A stretch of DNA of 57,107 nt from an uncultured Verrucomicrobiota bacterium. GTDB lineage: Bacteria > Verrucomicrobiota > Verrucomicrobiia > Limisphaerales > Palsa-1400. The notes below the pieces were generated by a model, which saw only the letters and a list, made by a program, of their open reading frames with translations, searched no databases and was not told the origin of the DNA. The translations under genes and the position numbers were made by a program. The stretch spans positions 1 to 57,107 of the forward strand of contig CAZLEE010000002.1 of the NCBI GenBank assembly GCA_964558455.1, given 5' to 3'. This document shows, piece by piece, positions 47,937 through 56,709 of this stretch; the first letter of the stretch is position 1, and each line of letters starts with the position of its first letter.

Positions 47937-49353
47937 ACGGTGCCAGCCGATTCCACGGACCGAAATTGATGCGTCGTGCTCCGTTCCGCTGCTCAGTCTT
48001 TTGGGCGGCGGACTTCTCTGGCTTTTGATTGGATGCATTTTCGCCCTCATCGCCTCCCTCAAATTTCACGCCCCCCATTTCCTGGCCAATGACGCCCACT
48101 GGACCTATGGTCGCATCCACGCCGCTCATTTAACCGCCCTGCTCTACGGTTTCGCCCTGCCGTCCGCGCTTGGGGTCGGATTGTGGCTGCTCTGCCGGCT
48201 TGGACGCATGCGGCTGGCCGGTCTGGCGGTGATTTTTATCGGAGCCGTCCTTTGGAATCTTTCCGTGGCCGTCGGCGTGGCCGGTATTCTGTGCGGCGAC
48301 GGCGACGGCTACGAGAGTTTTGAGATGCCGCGCTACGTGACAGCGACTTTATTTGTCTCCTACTTGTTGATCGCAACCTGTGGTGTCCTGACCTTTCACC
48401 GTCGCCGGGAGGACACGCTCTACCCCTCCCAATGGTTTGTCTTAGGCTCGCTGTTTTGGTTTCCATGGATTTTCAGCACCGCGTCCGCCCTGTTGCTCTG
48501 CCATCCGGCGCGCGGGGTCATGCAGGCGTCCATCGCATGGTGGTTCGCCAATAATCTCAGTTACATCGTGCTTGGCTTTACCGGTTTGGCCTCCATTTTT
48601 TACTTTGTGCCAAAGTTGTTGGGCCGCCCTTTGCACAGCACCCGCCTGGCGATTTTCGCCTTTTGGGGACTGGCGCTATTCGGCAGCCTGGGCGGCGTTC
48701 CAGACGGCGCTCCGCTTCCCGCATGGATGGTCAGTCTTTCCATGGTTGGCACCGTTCTGACGGCCATCCCGGTTCTGGCCGTGATCCTCAATCTCTATCA
48801 AACCGCCCGCAACGACACTCGTGCCCTCGATACCGACACCACCCTGCGCTTCACCTACGTGGCGTTGATTTTCTGGCTGATTGCCAACGTGCAACGCATC
48901 GTCGGCGTGTTGCCGGACGTGAGCGGGTTGACCAATTACACCTGGTATCCGGTGGCGCAGTGGGAACTTTTCCATTGCGGCTTTTTCGCCTTTGCCATCT
49001 TCGGCGCGATTTATTTCATCGTGCCGCGCCTGTTGAACGGGTCGGATGATTTGCCTGTCTGGTCGCCCCGTCTGATCCAATGGCATTTCGGGACCATGCT
49101 GGCAGGCGTCTTGATTTCCTATCTGGCGCTGCTTGTGGCCGGCATCGGACAGGGTTATTTTCTGGGCAATCCGGATTATACCTTCACCCAAATCATGACC
49201 GGCACATTGATTCCATTGCGCGCCGGCACAACCGGCGACCTGCTGTTTATCATTGGCGTGATTATTTTTCTCTTGAACTTCGCCTTGCTCCTCAGGCAAT
49301 GCCGCCATGGCCGGACTGAAAAAGCCGTTGCGCAACGAAAGGAGCGCGCATGA
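47923..49353 (+). CDS. cbb3-type oxidase subunit I (CcoN) homologue lacking active-site ligands
   Basis: About 12 TM segments with CcoN landmarks (TYGR..AH, LYPSQWF, AWW, YFVPK..GRPLHS.RL, LPAW, IYFIVPR, WHF). The His ligands are replaced (see findings). Confidence 0.85.
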   Translation: MNMNRRCQPIPRTEIDASCSVPLLSLLGGGLLWLLIGCIFALIASLKFHAPHFLANDAHWTYGRIHAAHLTALLYGFALPSALGVGLWLLCRLGRMRLAGLAVIFIGAVLWNLSVAVGVAGILCGDGDGYESFEMPRYVTATLFVSYLLIATCGVLTFHRRREDTLYPSQWFVLGSLFWFPWIFSTASALLLCHPARGVMQASIAWWFANNLSYIVLGFTGLASIFYFVPKLLGRPLHSTRLAIFAFWGLALFGSLGGVPDGAPLPAWMVSLSMVGTVLTAIPVLAVILNLYQTARNDTRALDTDTTLRFTYVALIFWLIANVQRIVGVLPDVSGLTNYTWYPVAQWELFHCGFFAFAIFGAIYFIVPRLLNGSDDLPVWSPRLIQWHFGTMLAGVLISYLALLVAGIGQGYFLGNPDYTFTQIMTGTLIPLRAGTTGDLLFIIGVIIFLLNFALLLRQCRHGRTEKAVAQRKERA

Positions 49354-50024
49354 ACAACGGACCCGTGGTTTTTCTCGCTCTGTTTGTGGCCATGGCCGGC
49401 TCATGGCTCGCTTTCGTGATGGGGCCGGAATTGCAAATCGGCGCAACCCGCCCGACAACCAGTATTGTGGCCGGCATGACCGACGAAATCTATCCCAACG
49501 CCAAACCCGGCGCGGCCCGCCAGGGCGCCGAGGTCTATCGCGCCAACGGCTGCGTCGCCTGCCATACGCAGCAAGTCCAACCGGCGGCGCTCGGGCCGGA
49601 TATTAATCGCGGTTGGGGCGTGCGCCGCAGCACCGCCTACGATTATCTTTTTGAGTCACCGCTCCAGCTTGGGACGCAACGAATCGGTCCCGATCTGGCC
49701 AATGCGGGCCGGCGCATGGATGCCAACTCCATCCTTGTGCGCCTTTACGAACCGCGCGCCATCACGCCCCGCTCCATCATGCCGCCTTATCCCTATTTGT
49801 TTGAAAATCACAAGATCACAGGGATTCCGTCCCCGGACGCTTTGCAATTGCCCGCCGGCTTTACTCCGCCAACTGGTTGCGAAATCATTCCGTTGCCCGA
49901 GGCGCGCGCTTTGGCCGCGTATGTGACAAGCCTGCATCAGGACGGCTATCTTTACGAAGCGCCGCCGCCGGTCGAAAAAACAAACGGACCGCCACCCACC
50001 GCGAAAATTTCACCCGCGAAATGA
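49350..50024 (+). CDS. ccoO: cbb3-type subunit II (CcoO/FixO) monoheme cytochrome c
   Basis: N-terminal TM, GAEVYRANGCVACHTQQV, GTQRIGPDLAN and PRSIMPPYPYLF. Confidence 0.9.
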   Translation: MNNGPVVFLALFVAMAGSWLAFVMGPELQIGATRPTTSIVAGMTDEIYPNAKPGAARQGAEVYRANGCVACHTQQVQPAALGPDINRGWGVRRSTAYDYLFESPLQLGTQRIGPDLANAGRRMDANSILVRLYEPRAITPRSIMPPYPYLFENHKITGIPSPDALQLPAGFTPPTGCEIIPLPEARALAAYVTSLHQDGYLYEAPPPVEKTNGPPPTAKISPAK

Positions 50025-50638
50025 GCCTGAACCCGAAAAGAAATCCGGTGCCCGGCGAACCGGCCGAGCCGGTCGGCGGCGATGGCGCGATTTCAATCTG
50101 GCTGATTGCGGCCCTTGGCGTCCTGTTTTGTTGGGGACAATTTTATCTGGGCAGACACGCCGGCGGATTTGAACGGGCGGTCTATTATCCCTACCGGAGC
50201 CTGCGCGAGGTGGCTGCGGCCAATCCGCGCAATAAAGGCGACAGGGTCATTGCCATGGGCCGGGATGTCTTCACCAAGACCTGTTCCGTCTGTCATCAAC
50301 CCAACGGTATGGGCAAGCCCGGAACCGCTCCGCCCCTGGCCGGTTCCGAATGGGTGCTCGCTCCCGGCCCGAACCGGATTGCGCATGCCATCTTAAACGG
50401 ATTAACCGGCCCCATAATCGTCCAGGGTAAAGATTGGAATCTGACCATGGTGCCGTGGAAAGATGTCTATGACGACGAGCATCTCGCCGCCACTTTGACC
50501 TACATTCGCAATTCCTGGGGCAACAAAGCCCCGCCCGTGAAACCGGAGGAAATCGCCGCCGCCCGCAAAGACATTCATCCCGGCCCGGAAACCGCGCCTG
50601 AAATAACGTCCATGCCGGAAAAATTGCCCGGCATGTAA
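50021..50638 (+). CDS. Membrane-anchored monoheme cytochrome c
   Basis: TM segment, GRDVFTKTCSVCHQPNGMG, APPLAGSEWV and MVPW. ATGA overlap with ccoO. Confidence 0.9.
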   Translation: MSLNPKRNPVPGEPAEPVGGDGAISIWLIAALGVLFCWGQFYLGRHAGGFERAVYYPYRSLREVAAANPRNKGDRVIAMGRDVFTKTCSVCHQPNGMGKPGTAPPLAGSEWVLAPGPNRIAHAILNGLTGPIIVQGKDWNLTMVPWKDVYDDEHLAATLTYIRNSWGNKAPPVKPEEIAAARKDIHPGPETAPEITSMPEKLPGM

Positions 50639-50653
50639 GGCAGAGTCGACCGG

Positions 50654-52048
50654 TCAGCTTTGAGCCAATTCCGGCCACAACAATGCGCCCATGCGCATTC
50701 CCTTCTCGTAACAATCCAGGCTGAATTTTTCGTTGGACGAGTGCGCATTGTCGTCAGGCAACGCCAAACCGAGCAACAGCGAATCGGCGTGGAGCACATG
50801 CTTGAATTGCGTGACGATGGGAATGGAACCGCCTTCCCGCATGAGAATCGGATCGTAGCCGAATGCCTCCTTCAAGGTGCGCATGGCCGCCTTCGCCATG
50901 GGACTGTTCGGCGACACCAGATAGGCTTCGCCGCCATGCCCGGCCTTGACCTCCATTTTGACCGTTGGCGGACAAAGCGCATCAAGGCGTTTCAGCAAAA
51001 CTTTGCGAACGTGTTCCGGGTCCTGGTTCGGGACCAGCCGGAAAGTGATCTTGGCGGTGGCTTTGGCCGGCACAATGGTCTTGCTCCCCTCCCCCTGGTA
51101 TCCGCTGGTCAGCCCGTTGATCTCGACGGTGGGACGCGCGCTCCGTTGCTCGTTGAAGGTAAAACCGCGTTCCCCGAATAATTTTGGGACGCCGAGAAAT
51201 TTCCGGTATTGCTCCGCGGTTTGGGGCAGGCGCGCCGCCTCTTTTCGCTCGCGCGCGGAAAGTTTCGCCACGCCGTCATAAAATCCCGGAATGTTGACCC
51301 GTCCCTGCGCGTCGCGCAGTTGGGCCACTATTTGACACAATGCCATGGCCGGATTGTCAACCGTTCCGCCATAGATGCCGGAATGTAGATCGCGCGACGG
51401 GCCATGCACGGTGATTTCACAGGTGAGGATGCCGCGCAAGGCATAGGTCAGCGCGGGCAACTTCAGGGAGGGCATCCCCGTGTCGGAAATTATCACCGCC
51501 TTGCAGGATAGTTCCCGGCGGTTTGCCTTGAGAAACGCCTCCAGATTCCGGCTGCCCACCTCTTCTTCGCCTTCGATCACGAAAGTCAAATCGCAGGGCA
51601 ATTCAGTGCCCGTTTTCAGGTAGGCTTCCACCACGTTCAGGTGGGCAAGGTTCTGGCCTTTGTTATCGCTCGCGCCCCGGGCAAAAAGCGAACGGCCTTC
51701 GATGCGCGGGACGAACGGGTCGCTCTTCCAGAGGTTAAACGGCTCGGCGGGCTGCACGTCGTAATGGCCATAGACCATGTAGGACGGCTTTTTTGTTCCG
51801 CGCGCGCGCGGTGTGCCGGCCACAACCACCGGATGCCCGGACGTCGGAACCAGGCGCGCTTCCAGCCCGATCTTGCGGCAACGGGCCACCAGCCACCCGG
51901 CGCAAGCCGTCATGTCGGCGCGATGATTGGCCTGCGCGGAAACGCTGGGAAAACGGACGTATTGACACAGATCGTCGATAAACCGGGATTTGTTTTTATC
52001 CAGATAATCCAAAACCGGCTGTATGGCGTGACGCGTGGTATTCTTCAT
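50654..52048 (-). CDS. M20 family dipeptidase/deacylase
   Basis: FPSVS, YGHYDVQP, ARGASDNKG, EGEEEVGS, DLHSG and AHSSNE. Confidence 0.93.
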   Translation of the reverse strand: MKNTTRHAIQPVLDYLDKNKSRFIDDLCQYVRFPSVSAQANHRADMTACAGWLVARCRKIGLEARLVPTSGHPVVVAGTPRARGTKKPSYMVYGHYDVQPAEPFNLWKSDPFVPRIEGRSLFARGASDNKGQNLAHLNVVEAYLKTGTELPCDLTFVIEGEEEVGSRNLEAFLKANRRELSCKAVIISDTGMPSLKLPALTYALRGILTCEITVHGPSRDLHSGIYGGTVDNPAMALCQIVAQLRDAQGRVNIPGFYDGVAKLSARERKEAARLPQTAEQYRKFLGVPKLFGERGFTFNEQRSARPTVEINGLTSGYQGEGSKTIVPAKATAKITFRLVPNQDPEHVRKVLLKRLDALCPPTVKMEVKAGHGGEAYLVSPNSPMAKAAMRTLKEAFGYDPILMREGGSIPIVTQFKHVLHADSLLLGLALPDDNAHSSNEKFSLDCYEKGMRMGALLWPELAQS

Positions 52049-52136
52049 TAGGACGCGAATATTACAGGGGCTTTTGCGGAAAGAAAATCAATCATTGACC
52101 CGGCAAAAGAAGAAAAAACCGTCCGCCGAAGGGATG

Positions 52137-52673
52137 CTATTCGTTAATGCCCCAGTGCATGGGCTGATCCTCATTCAACTGCTCGTTCAGACCGGGTTGC
52201 AGAAGCGGAAAATCGGACAGGGTTGAGGAATCGACCCGGAGGTAATCCAGCCCCCCCCGCCGGGCAATGGCGCCCAGGCGATTTTCCAGCCCGGAAAAAT
52301 CCGCCGGTTGATGCCGCATGTTCTGCACCAGCACCAGAGCGCCGTCGGTTCTGATCCGGTTCGATACCCAAGTGTCGAACCAGCCTCCAACATAGTCCGG
52401 CAATTGAGGCAAATTCGTGCTGAGAAAAACCATGTCCGCCCGGGCTGCGCTCCGGGCTGCTTCCAGAGCCATGTCCCGGTCGGTGAGGTATTTGAAACGC
52501 CACCAATCGAATTGAAACTCTAATTCGTCCCGGAACTTCATCGCAAGCGAGCGGCAGAAATCCACCAAAAGGTCGCGGTCGCCCAACTGTTCATAAATCG
52601 AAACAACACTGCACCGCCTGATCAACTCATGATCGCCGTTCTCCAAAAGGTCTAAATCCGCTTCCGCGCTCAT
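52137..52673 (-). CDS. Hypothetical alpha/beta protein
   Basis: Clean ORF with globular composition (FDWWRFKYL...AARADMVFLS) between two housekeeping genes. Start chosen at MSAEADL. Confidence 0.6.
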   Translation of the reverse strand: MSAEADLDLLENGDHELIRRCSVVSIYEQLGDRDLLVDFCRSLAMKFRDELEFQFDWWRFKYLTDRDMALEAARSAARADMVFLSTNLPQLPDYVGGWFDTWVSNRIRTDGALVLVQNMRHQPADFSGLENRLGAIARRGGLDYLRVDSSTLSDFPLLQPGLNEQLNEDQPMHWGINE

Positions 52674-52760
52674 AATCACGCCACGTGGGCAAAGTAAGGC
52701 ATGGCCTCGCTCGTCCGTTGGTTGTACCGTTACACAACCACCGAAAACAGCGCCTGTCAA

Positions 52761-52788
52761 AGGATAACTTATCCACAGTTTATTCACA
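52761..52788 (+). promoter_or_regulatory. DnaA box pair
   Basis: TTATCCACA (52769-52777) and TTATTCACA (52780-52788) both fit TTWTNCACA. An inverted partial box, AGGATAA, lies at 52761-52767. Confidence 0.6.
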
Positions 52789-52809
52789 CATTGCTAATAG
52801 AAGTTAAAT

Positions 52810-52838
52810 TTGAACTTCGCGCCTTCTTGCCCTATAAC
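52810..52838 (+). promoter_or_regulatory. Sigma-70 promoter for aroE
   Basis: TTGAAC (52810-52815), 17-nt spacer, TATAAC (52833-52838). Confidence 0.65.
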
Positions 52839-52844
52839 CAACGC

Positions 52845-53768
52845 GTGTCCGTTGCAACAAATGTCTCAATCAATGCCGCTACGCGCCTTTGCGCCGTATA
52901 TGGGCATCCCATTCGCCATTCGGCTTCGCCTGCCATGCAAAATGCCGGCATGGCCGCGATGCGTTTGAATTGGCGCTATCTCGCCTGCGAAGTTCACCCG
53001 GACAATCTGCGCGCGGCCATCGAGGGCGCGAAGGTGATGGGCTTCATCGGCCTCAACCTGACCGTGCCACACAAGTTGCTGGCGGTAAGCATGGTGGATG
53101 CCATCGACGCGCGGGCCAAATCCTGGGGCGCTGTCAATACCATTGTTTTCGAGACGCGCAACCAGGCCGGGGAGTGGGTTCCTCTTTATCAGGTGGCGGA
53201 GGAAGCCGTAAACGAGGTGCGCAGCCACGGTTTCAACACTGACGCCGACGCCATCGTGCAGTCCCTTAAGGAAGATTTTCAATGGCCGGACCTGCGCGGA
53301 GCCGCCGTGCTTCTGCTCGGCGCGGGCGGGGCGGCTCGGGCGGCCGCGTTGCGGCTGGCGGAGGAAGATGTCGGGCGGCTTCATCTGGTCAACCGCACGG
53401 AAAAAAATGCGCGCGCCCTGTCGGACAGCATCAAGGACCGCCATCCGCGGGCCGATGTTGTCCTGGGCTATCCACGCGATCCGGTTGACTTGGTCATCAA
53501 TGCGACATCCCTTGGTCTGAAGCCGGGCGACGCCCTGCCCATTGACCTCGCGTGGCTGCAATCTCGCCGGCCGGCGCGCGTTTACGACATGATTTACCGG
53601 CCAATGGAAACGGCCTTTTTGAAAGCGGCCAGGAGTGCCGGATGCCGCGTGTCCAATGGCACCGGCATGCTGCTTCATCAGGGCGTGGAAGCGCTTAAAT
53701 TGTGGAGCGGACTCCAGCCCCCCGCCGGGATCATGCGCGCCGCCCTGGAGAAAAACATTCATGATTAA
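52845..53768 (+). CDS. aroE: Shikimate dehydrogenase
   Basis: YGHPIRHSASP, NLTVPHK, GAVNT, NTD, GAGGAARA, INATSLG, YDMIY and GMLLHQG. GTG start at 52845. Confidence 0.93.
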   Translation: MSVATNVSINAATRLCAVYGHPIRHSASPAMQNAGMAAMRLNWRYLACEVHPDNLRAAIEGAKVMGFIGLNLTVPHKLLAVSMVDAIDARAKSWGAVNTIVFETRNQAGEWVPLYQVAEEAVNEVRSHGFNTDADAIVQSLKEDFQWPDLRGAAVLLLGAGGAARAAALRLAEEDVGRLHLVNRTEKNARALSDSIKDRHPRADVVLGYPRDPVDLVINATSLGLKPGDALPIDLAWLQSRRPARVYDMIYRPMETAFLKAARSAGCRVSNGTGMLLHQGVEALKLWSGLQPPAGIMRAALEKNIHD

Positions 53769-53785
53769 AACGACAGCCCATTGTT

Positions 53786-54904
53786 ATGTTTGACACAAAA
53801 ATCTGGGCGCAAGTCCCTTTTCCGTTCTGGACTCTTTGCTTCTTTGTCTTCGGCAGCATGGTGGGCAGCTTCCTGAACGTGTGCATCCATCGCATGCCGC
53901 GCGGCGAAAGCATCGTCCGCCCGGCCTCGCACTGTCCGCATTGCGGATACGCCATCCCCTGGTACCTCAACATCCCGCTGCTCACCTGGTGCTGGCTGGG
54001 CGGCCGCTGCGCCAATTGCCATGCGCCGATTTCCCCGCGTTATCTTCTGGTCGAACTGCTGACCGGCCTGGTTTTCGCCGCTTGCTGGATTGAGTTCGGC
54101 CACTTGAGCGTCCTGGTGGCGCTGGTGTTTTGCATGATGATCGCCGGGTTGATCGCGGCGACTTTCATTGATTTTGAGCATTTCATCATCCCGGACGAAA
54201 TCACCCTCGGCGGCATGGCGGCGGGCTTTTGCGCGGCCTTCATCGTCCCGGCGGCGCATCGCAATTTCCCGTATTTCAGGCCGCTGCAAAGCTCCGGGGA
54301 CGCCATGGTTGACAGCGCCATCGGCATGGCGGTGGGAGGGGGCGTCGTCTATGGTATCCTGCGCATGGGCAAACTGCTCTTTGGCCGTTACCGTGTCACC
54401 CTGCCCGCGCCCGCCCGGATTTTTTTCACCGAAACCGCGGTCAAACTGCCCGACCAGGAAATCGCCTACGAGGAACTGTTCTATCGCCATGGCGACGCCG
54501 TCCGCCTGCAAGCCAGCCGGGTGGAATTGATCGACCGCTGTTACTTGAACGTCGCCGTCCGCCTGCAACCGGCTTGTCTGCAAATCGGGGAAGACATCTT
54601 TGACCCGGAAACCGTGCCGCACATGGAGGCGGTCACCGACCAGATTGTCCTGCCGCGCGAGGCGATGGGTATGGGCGACGTGAAATTCATGGCGGCCATC
54701 GGGGCGTTCCTGGGCTGGCCCGGCGTGGTTTTTTCCCTGATGTTGAGCGCAATCATCGGGTCGGTGGTGGGCGTTGGTTTGATTGCGGTCAACAAACGTC
54801 ATTGGTCCAGCCGCATGCCTTACGGACCGTATATCGCGGTCGCGGCCGTGCTCTGGATTTTCGGCGGTTACAAGTGGGCCTTGCGCCTGTTCTTTTCACC
54901 TTAA
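53786..54904 (+). CDS. pilD: Type IV prepilin peptidase (A24, PilD-like)
   Basis: GSFLNVCIHR, CPHC and CANC, IDFEHFIIPD, MGMGDVK and PYGPYI. Confidence 0.9.
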   Translation: MFDTKIWAQVPFPFWTLCFFVFGSMVGSFLNVCIHRMPRGESIVRPASHCPHCGYAIPWYLNIPLLTWCWLGGRCANCHAPISPRYLLVELLTGLVFAACWIEFGHLSVLVALVFCMMIAGLIAATFIDFEHFIIPDEITLGGMAAGFCAAFIVPAAHRNFPYFRPLQSSGDAMVDSAIGMAVGGGVVYGILRMGKLLFGRYRVTLPAPARIFFTETAVKLPDQEIAYEELFYRHGDAVRLQASRVELIDRCYLNVAVRLQPACLQIGEDIFDPETVPHMEAVTDQIVLPREAMGMGDVKFMAAIGAFLGWPGVVFSLMLSAIIGSVVGVGLIAVNKRHWSSRMPYGPYIAVAAVLWIFGGYKWALRLFFSP

Positions 54905-55065
54905 GGAGCCGTCAGGAAATAACATTTACAAATATGACGCCGGGATTTTGGCGGCTGGCGAGGAGCGAGCGAGGAGCATATCCGCATGAATCTGTGACGA
55001 GCGAGCAACGAAGCCAGCCGCCAAAAGACCAAGTCAGATTGTAAATGTTATTTTTTGACGGCTCC
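54905..55065. mobile_element. 161-bp MITE-like palindromic element flanked by TAA direct repeats
   Basis: Terminal inverted repeats GGAGCCGTCA(GG/AA)AAATAACATTTACAA match at 25 of 27 positions. Inner perfect 14-bp IR at 54946-54959 and 55013-55026. TAA at 54902-54904 and 55066-55068. Confidence 0.8.
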
Positions 55066-56144
55066 TAACCGCATTGGGCGCGCTGGCGCAAAGCGTGATC
55101 GGCCAGCACCAAGGCGGTCATGGCTTCGACCACCGGCACCGCGCGCGGCAGGACGCACGGATCATGCCGCCCCCTGCCCTTCAGGGTGGTGTTCTTGAAA
55201 TTCACATCCACCGTCTGCTGCTCATGCATCACCGTCGCCACCGGTTTGAAGGCCACCCGAAAATAAACCGGCTCGCCGTTGGATATGCCGCCCTGGATGC
55301 CTCCGGAACGATTGGTCAGCGTCCGCACCTTCCCCCCAACGTTGCGGAAGGCGTCGTTATGCTGCATTCCTGTCAATAAAATTCCTGCGAACCCGGAGCC
55401 GATTTCAAAGGCCTTGGAAGCGGGCAGACTGAGCATGCCCTTGGCCAGATCCGCCTCCAGCCGGTCAAAAACCGGTTCTCCCCAGCCGGCCGGAACGCCG
55501 CGGGCCACGCACTCGACCACTCCGCCCACGCTATCGCCCGCCCGCCGCATTTTCTCGATCAGCCGGATCATTTTTTGGGCGGCTGCCGCATCCGGGCAGC
55601 GGACCATGTTGGCCTCGACTTCTTTTTGACTGACCGAATCCATATCGACCCTGGCCTCGATGCGTTGCACCGTTTTGACGTAAGCCACGATTTCGACCCC
55701 GAATTGTTCGCGCAGAAGTTTCTTGGCGACAGCGCCGGCAGCGACGCGTCCGATGGTTTCGCGGGCGCTGGCGCGTCCCCCGCCCTGCCAATTGCGGATG
55801 CCATATTTGGCTTGGTAAGTGTAATCGGCGTGCGAAGGGCGGAATTTCGACGCCATTTCGCTGTAAGCTTCAGGGCGGGCATCCTCATTTTTGACCCACA
55901 TCGAAATAGGTGTGCCGAGCGTCTTGCCCTCGAACGTTCCGGAAAGAATCTGCACCCGGTCGGTTTCCTGGCGGGGCGTGACAATGGCCGATTGTCCGGG
56001 CCGGCGGCGATCCAGATCCGGCTGGACATCCGCCTCCGTCAAACCAAGGCGCGGCGGGCAGCCGTCAATGACGACCCCGACTCCGCCGCCATGAGATTCG
56101 CCCCAGGTGGTGATGCAAAACAACTGTCCGAACGAATTTCCCAT
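55065..56144 (-). CDS. aroC: Chorismate synthase
   Basis: [42 protein letters not shown] and GRHDPCV. Confidence 0.97.
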   Translation of the reverse strand: MGNSFGQLFCITTWGESHGGGVGVVIDGCPPRLGLTEADVQPDLDRRRPGQSAIVTPRQETDRVQILSGTFEGKTLGTPISMWVKNEDARPEAYSEMASKFRPSHADYTYQAKYGIRNWQGGGRASARETIGRVAAGAVAKKLLREQFGVEIVAYVKTVQRIEARVDMDSVSQKEVEANMVRCPDAAAAQKMIRLIEKMRRAGDSVGGVVECVARGVPAGWGEPVFDRLEADLAKGMLSLPASKAFEIGSGFAGILLTGMQHNDAFRNVGGKVRTLTNRSGGIQGGISNGEPVYFRVAFKPVATVMHEQQTVDVNFKNTTLKGRGRHDPCVLPRAVPVVEAMTALVLADHALRQRAQCG

Positions 56145-56218
56145 GGCCCGATTTTAGGGTTCAACCGCCCTTATTTCAAATAGTATTCATTTCGGTCCGG
56201 TGCCATTATCAAGTTCTT

Positions 56219-56671
56219 ATGCGCGTGGTCGTTCAACGGGTGAGTCAGGCTGGCGTGACAATTGCCGGCGTTGTCAAAGCCACAATTCAACATGGCCTGC
56301 TCGTCCTGCTTGCGATTGAGCAATCGGATTCGGCACAGGACATCGAGTGGCTGAGCGGAAAAATCGTCCGCCTCCGCATTTTCAACGATGAACAGGGCCT
56401 GATGAACCGTTCAGTGCAGGAAACTGGCGGGGCAATATTGCTGATCAGCCAGTTCACCCTCTTCGCCAGCACCCGAAAAGGAAACAGGCCTTCATTCAGC
56501 CGGTCGGCAAAGCCGGAATTTGCAATTCCGATGTATGAGAAATTTATCGCACAAATGGCCAGAGATTTGGGCAAGCCGGTTCAAACCGGGGAATTCGGCG
56601 CAGACATGAAGGTGACCCTGCTCAATGATGGGCCGGTCACCATAATTATTGACACAAAAAGTCGCGAATGA
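56219..56671 (+). CDS. dtd: D-aminoacyl-tRNA deacylase
   Basis: MRVVVQRV, LRIFNDEQG, ISQFTL, GNRPSF, GEFGADM and NDGPVT. Confidence 0.96.
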   Translation: MRVVVQRVSQAGVTIAGVVKATIQHGLLVLLAIEQSDSAQDIEWLSGKIVRLRIFNDEQGLMNRSVQETGGAILLISQFTLFASTRKGNRPSFSRSAKPEFAIPMYEKFIAQMARDLGKPVQTGEFGADMKVTLLNDGPVTIIIDTKSRE

Positions 56672-56709
56672 AAATTAGGGGCAATTACAGTATCGTCCTA
56701 AATTGAAAT

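Noticed and set aside
47923-50638. Functional cbb3-type cytochrome c oxidase (ccoNOP)
   Set aside because: The CuB and heme b3 ligands and the cross-linked Tyr are missing from the subunit I homologue, and the third gene is a monoheme cytochrome rather than a diheme CcoP.
52755-52840. Chromosomal origin (oriC)
   Set aside because: Only two full DnaA boxes, no clear DUE repeats, and no dnaA, dnaN or gidA nearby.
54960-55012. Structured ncRNA or CRISPR repeat in the GAGCGAGC-rich core
   Set aside because: There is no repeat-spacer periodicity, and it is better explained as the interior of a TIR-bounded element with target duplication.
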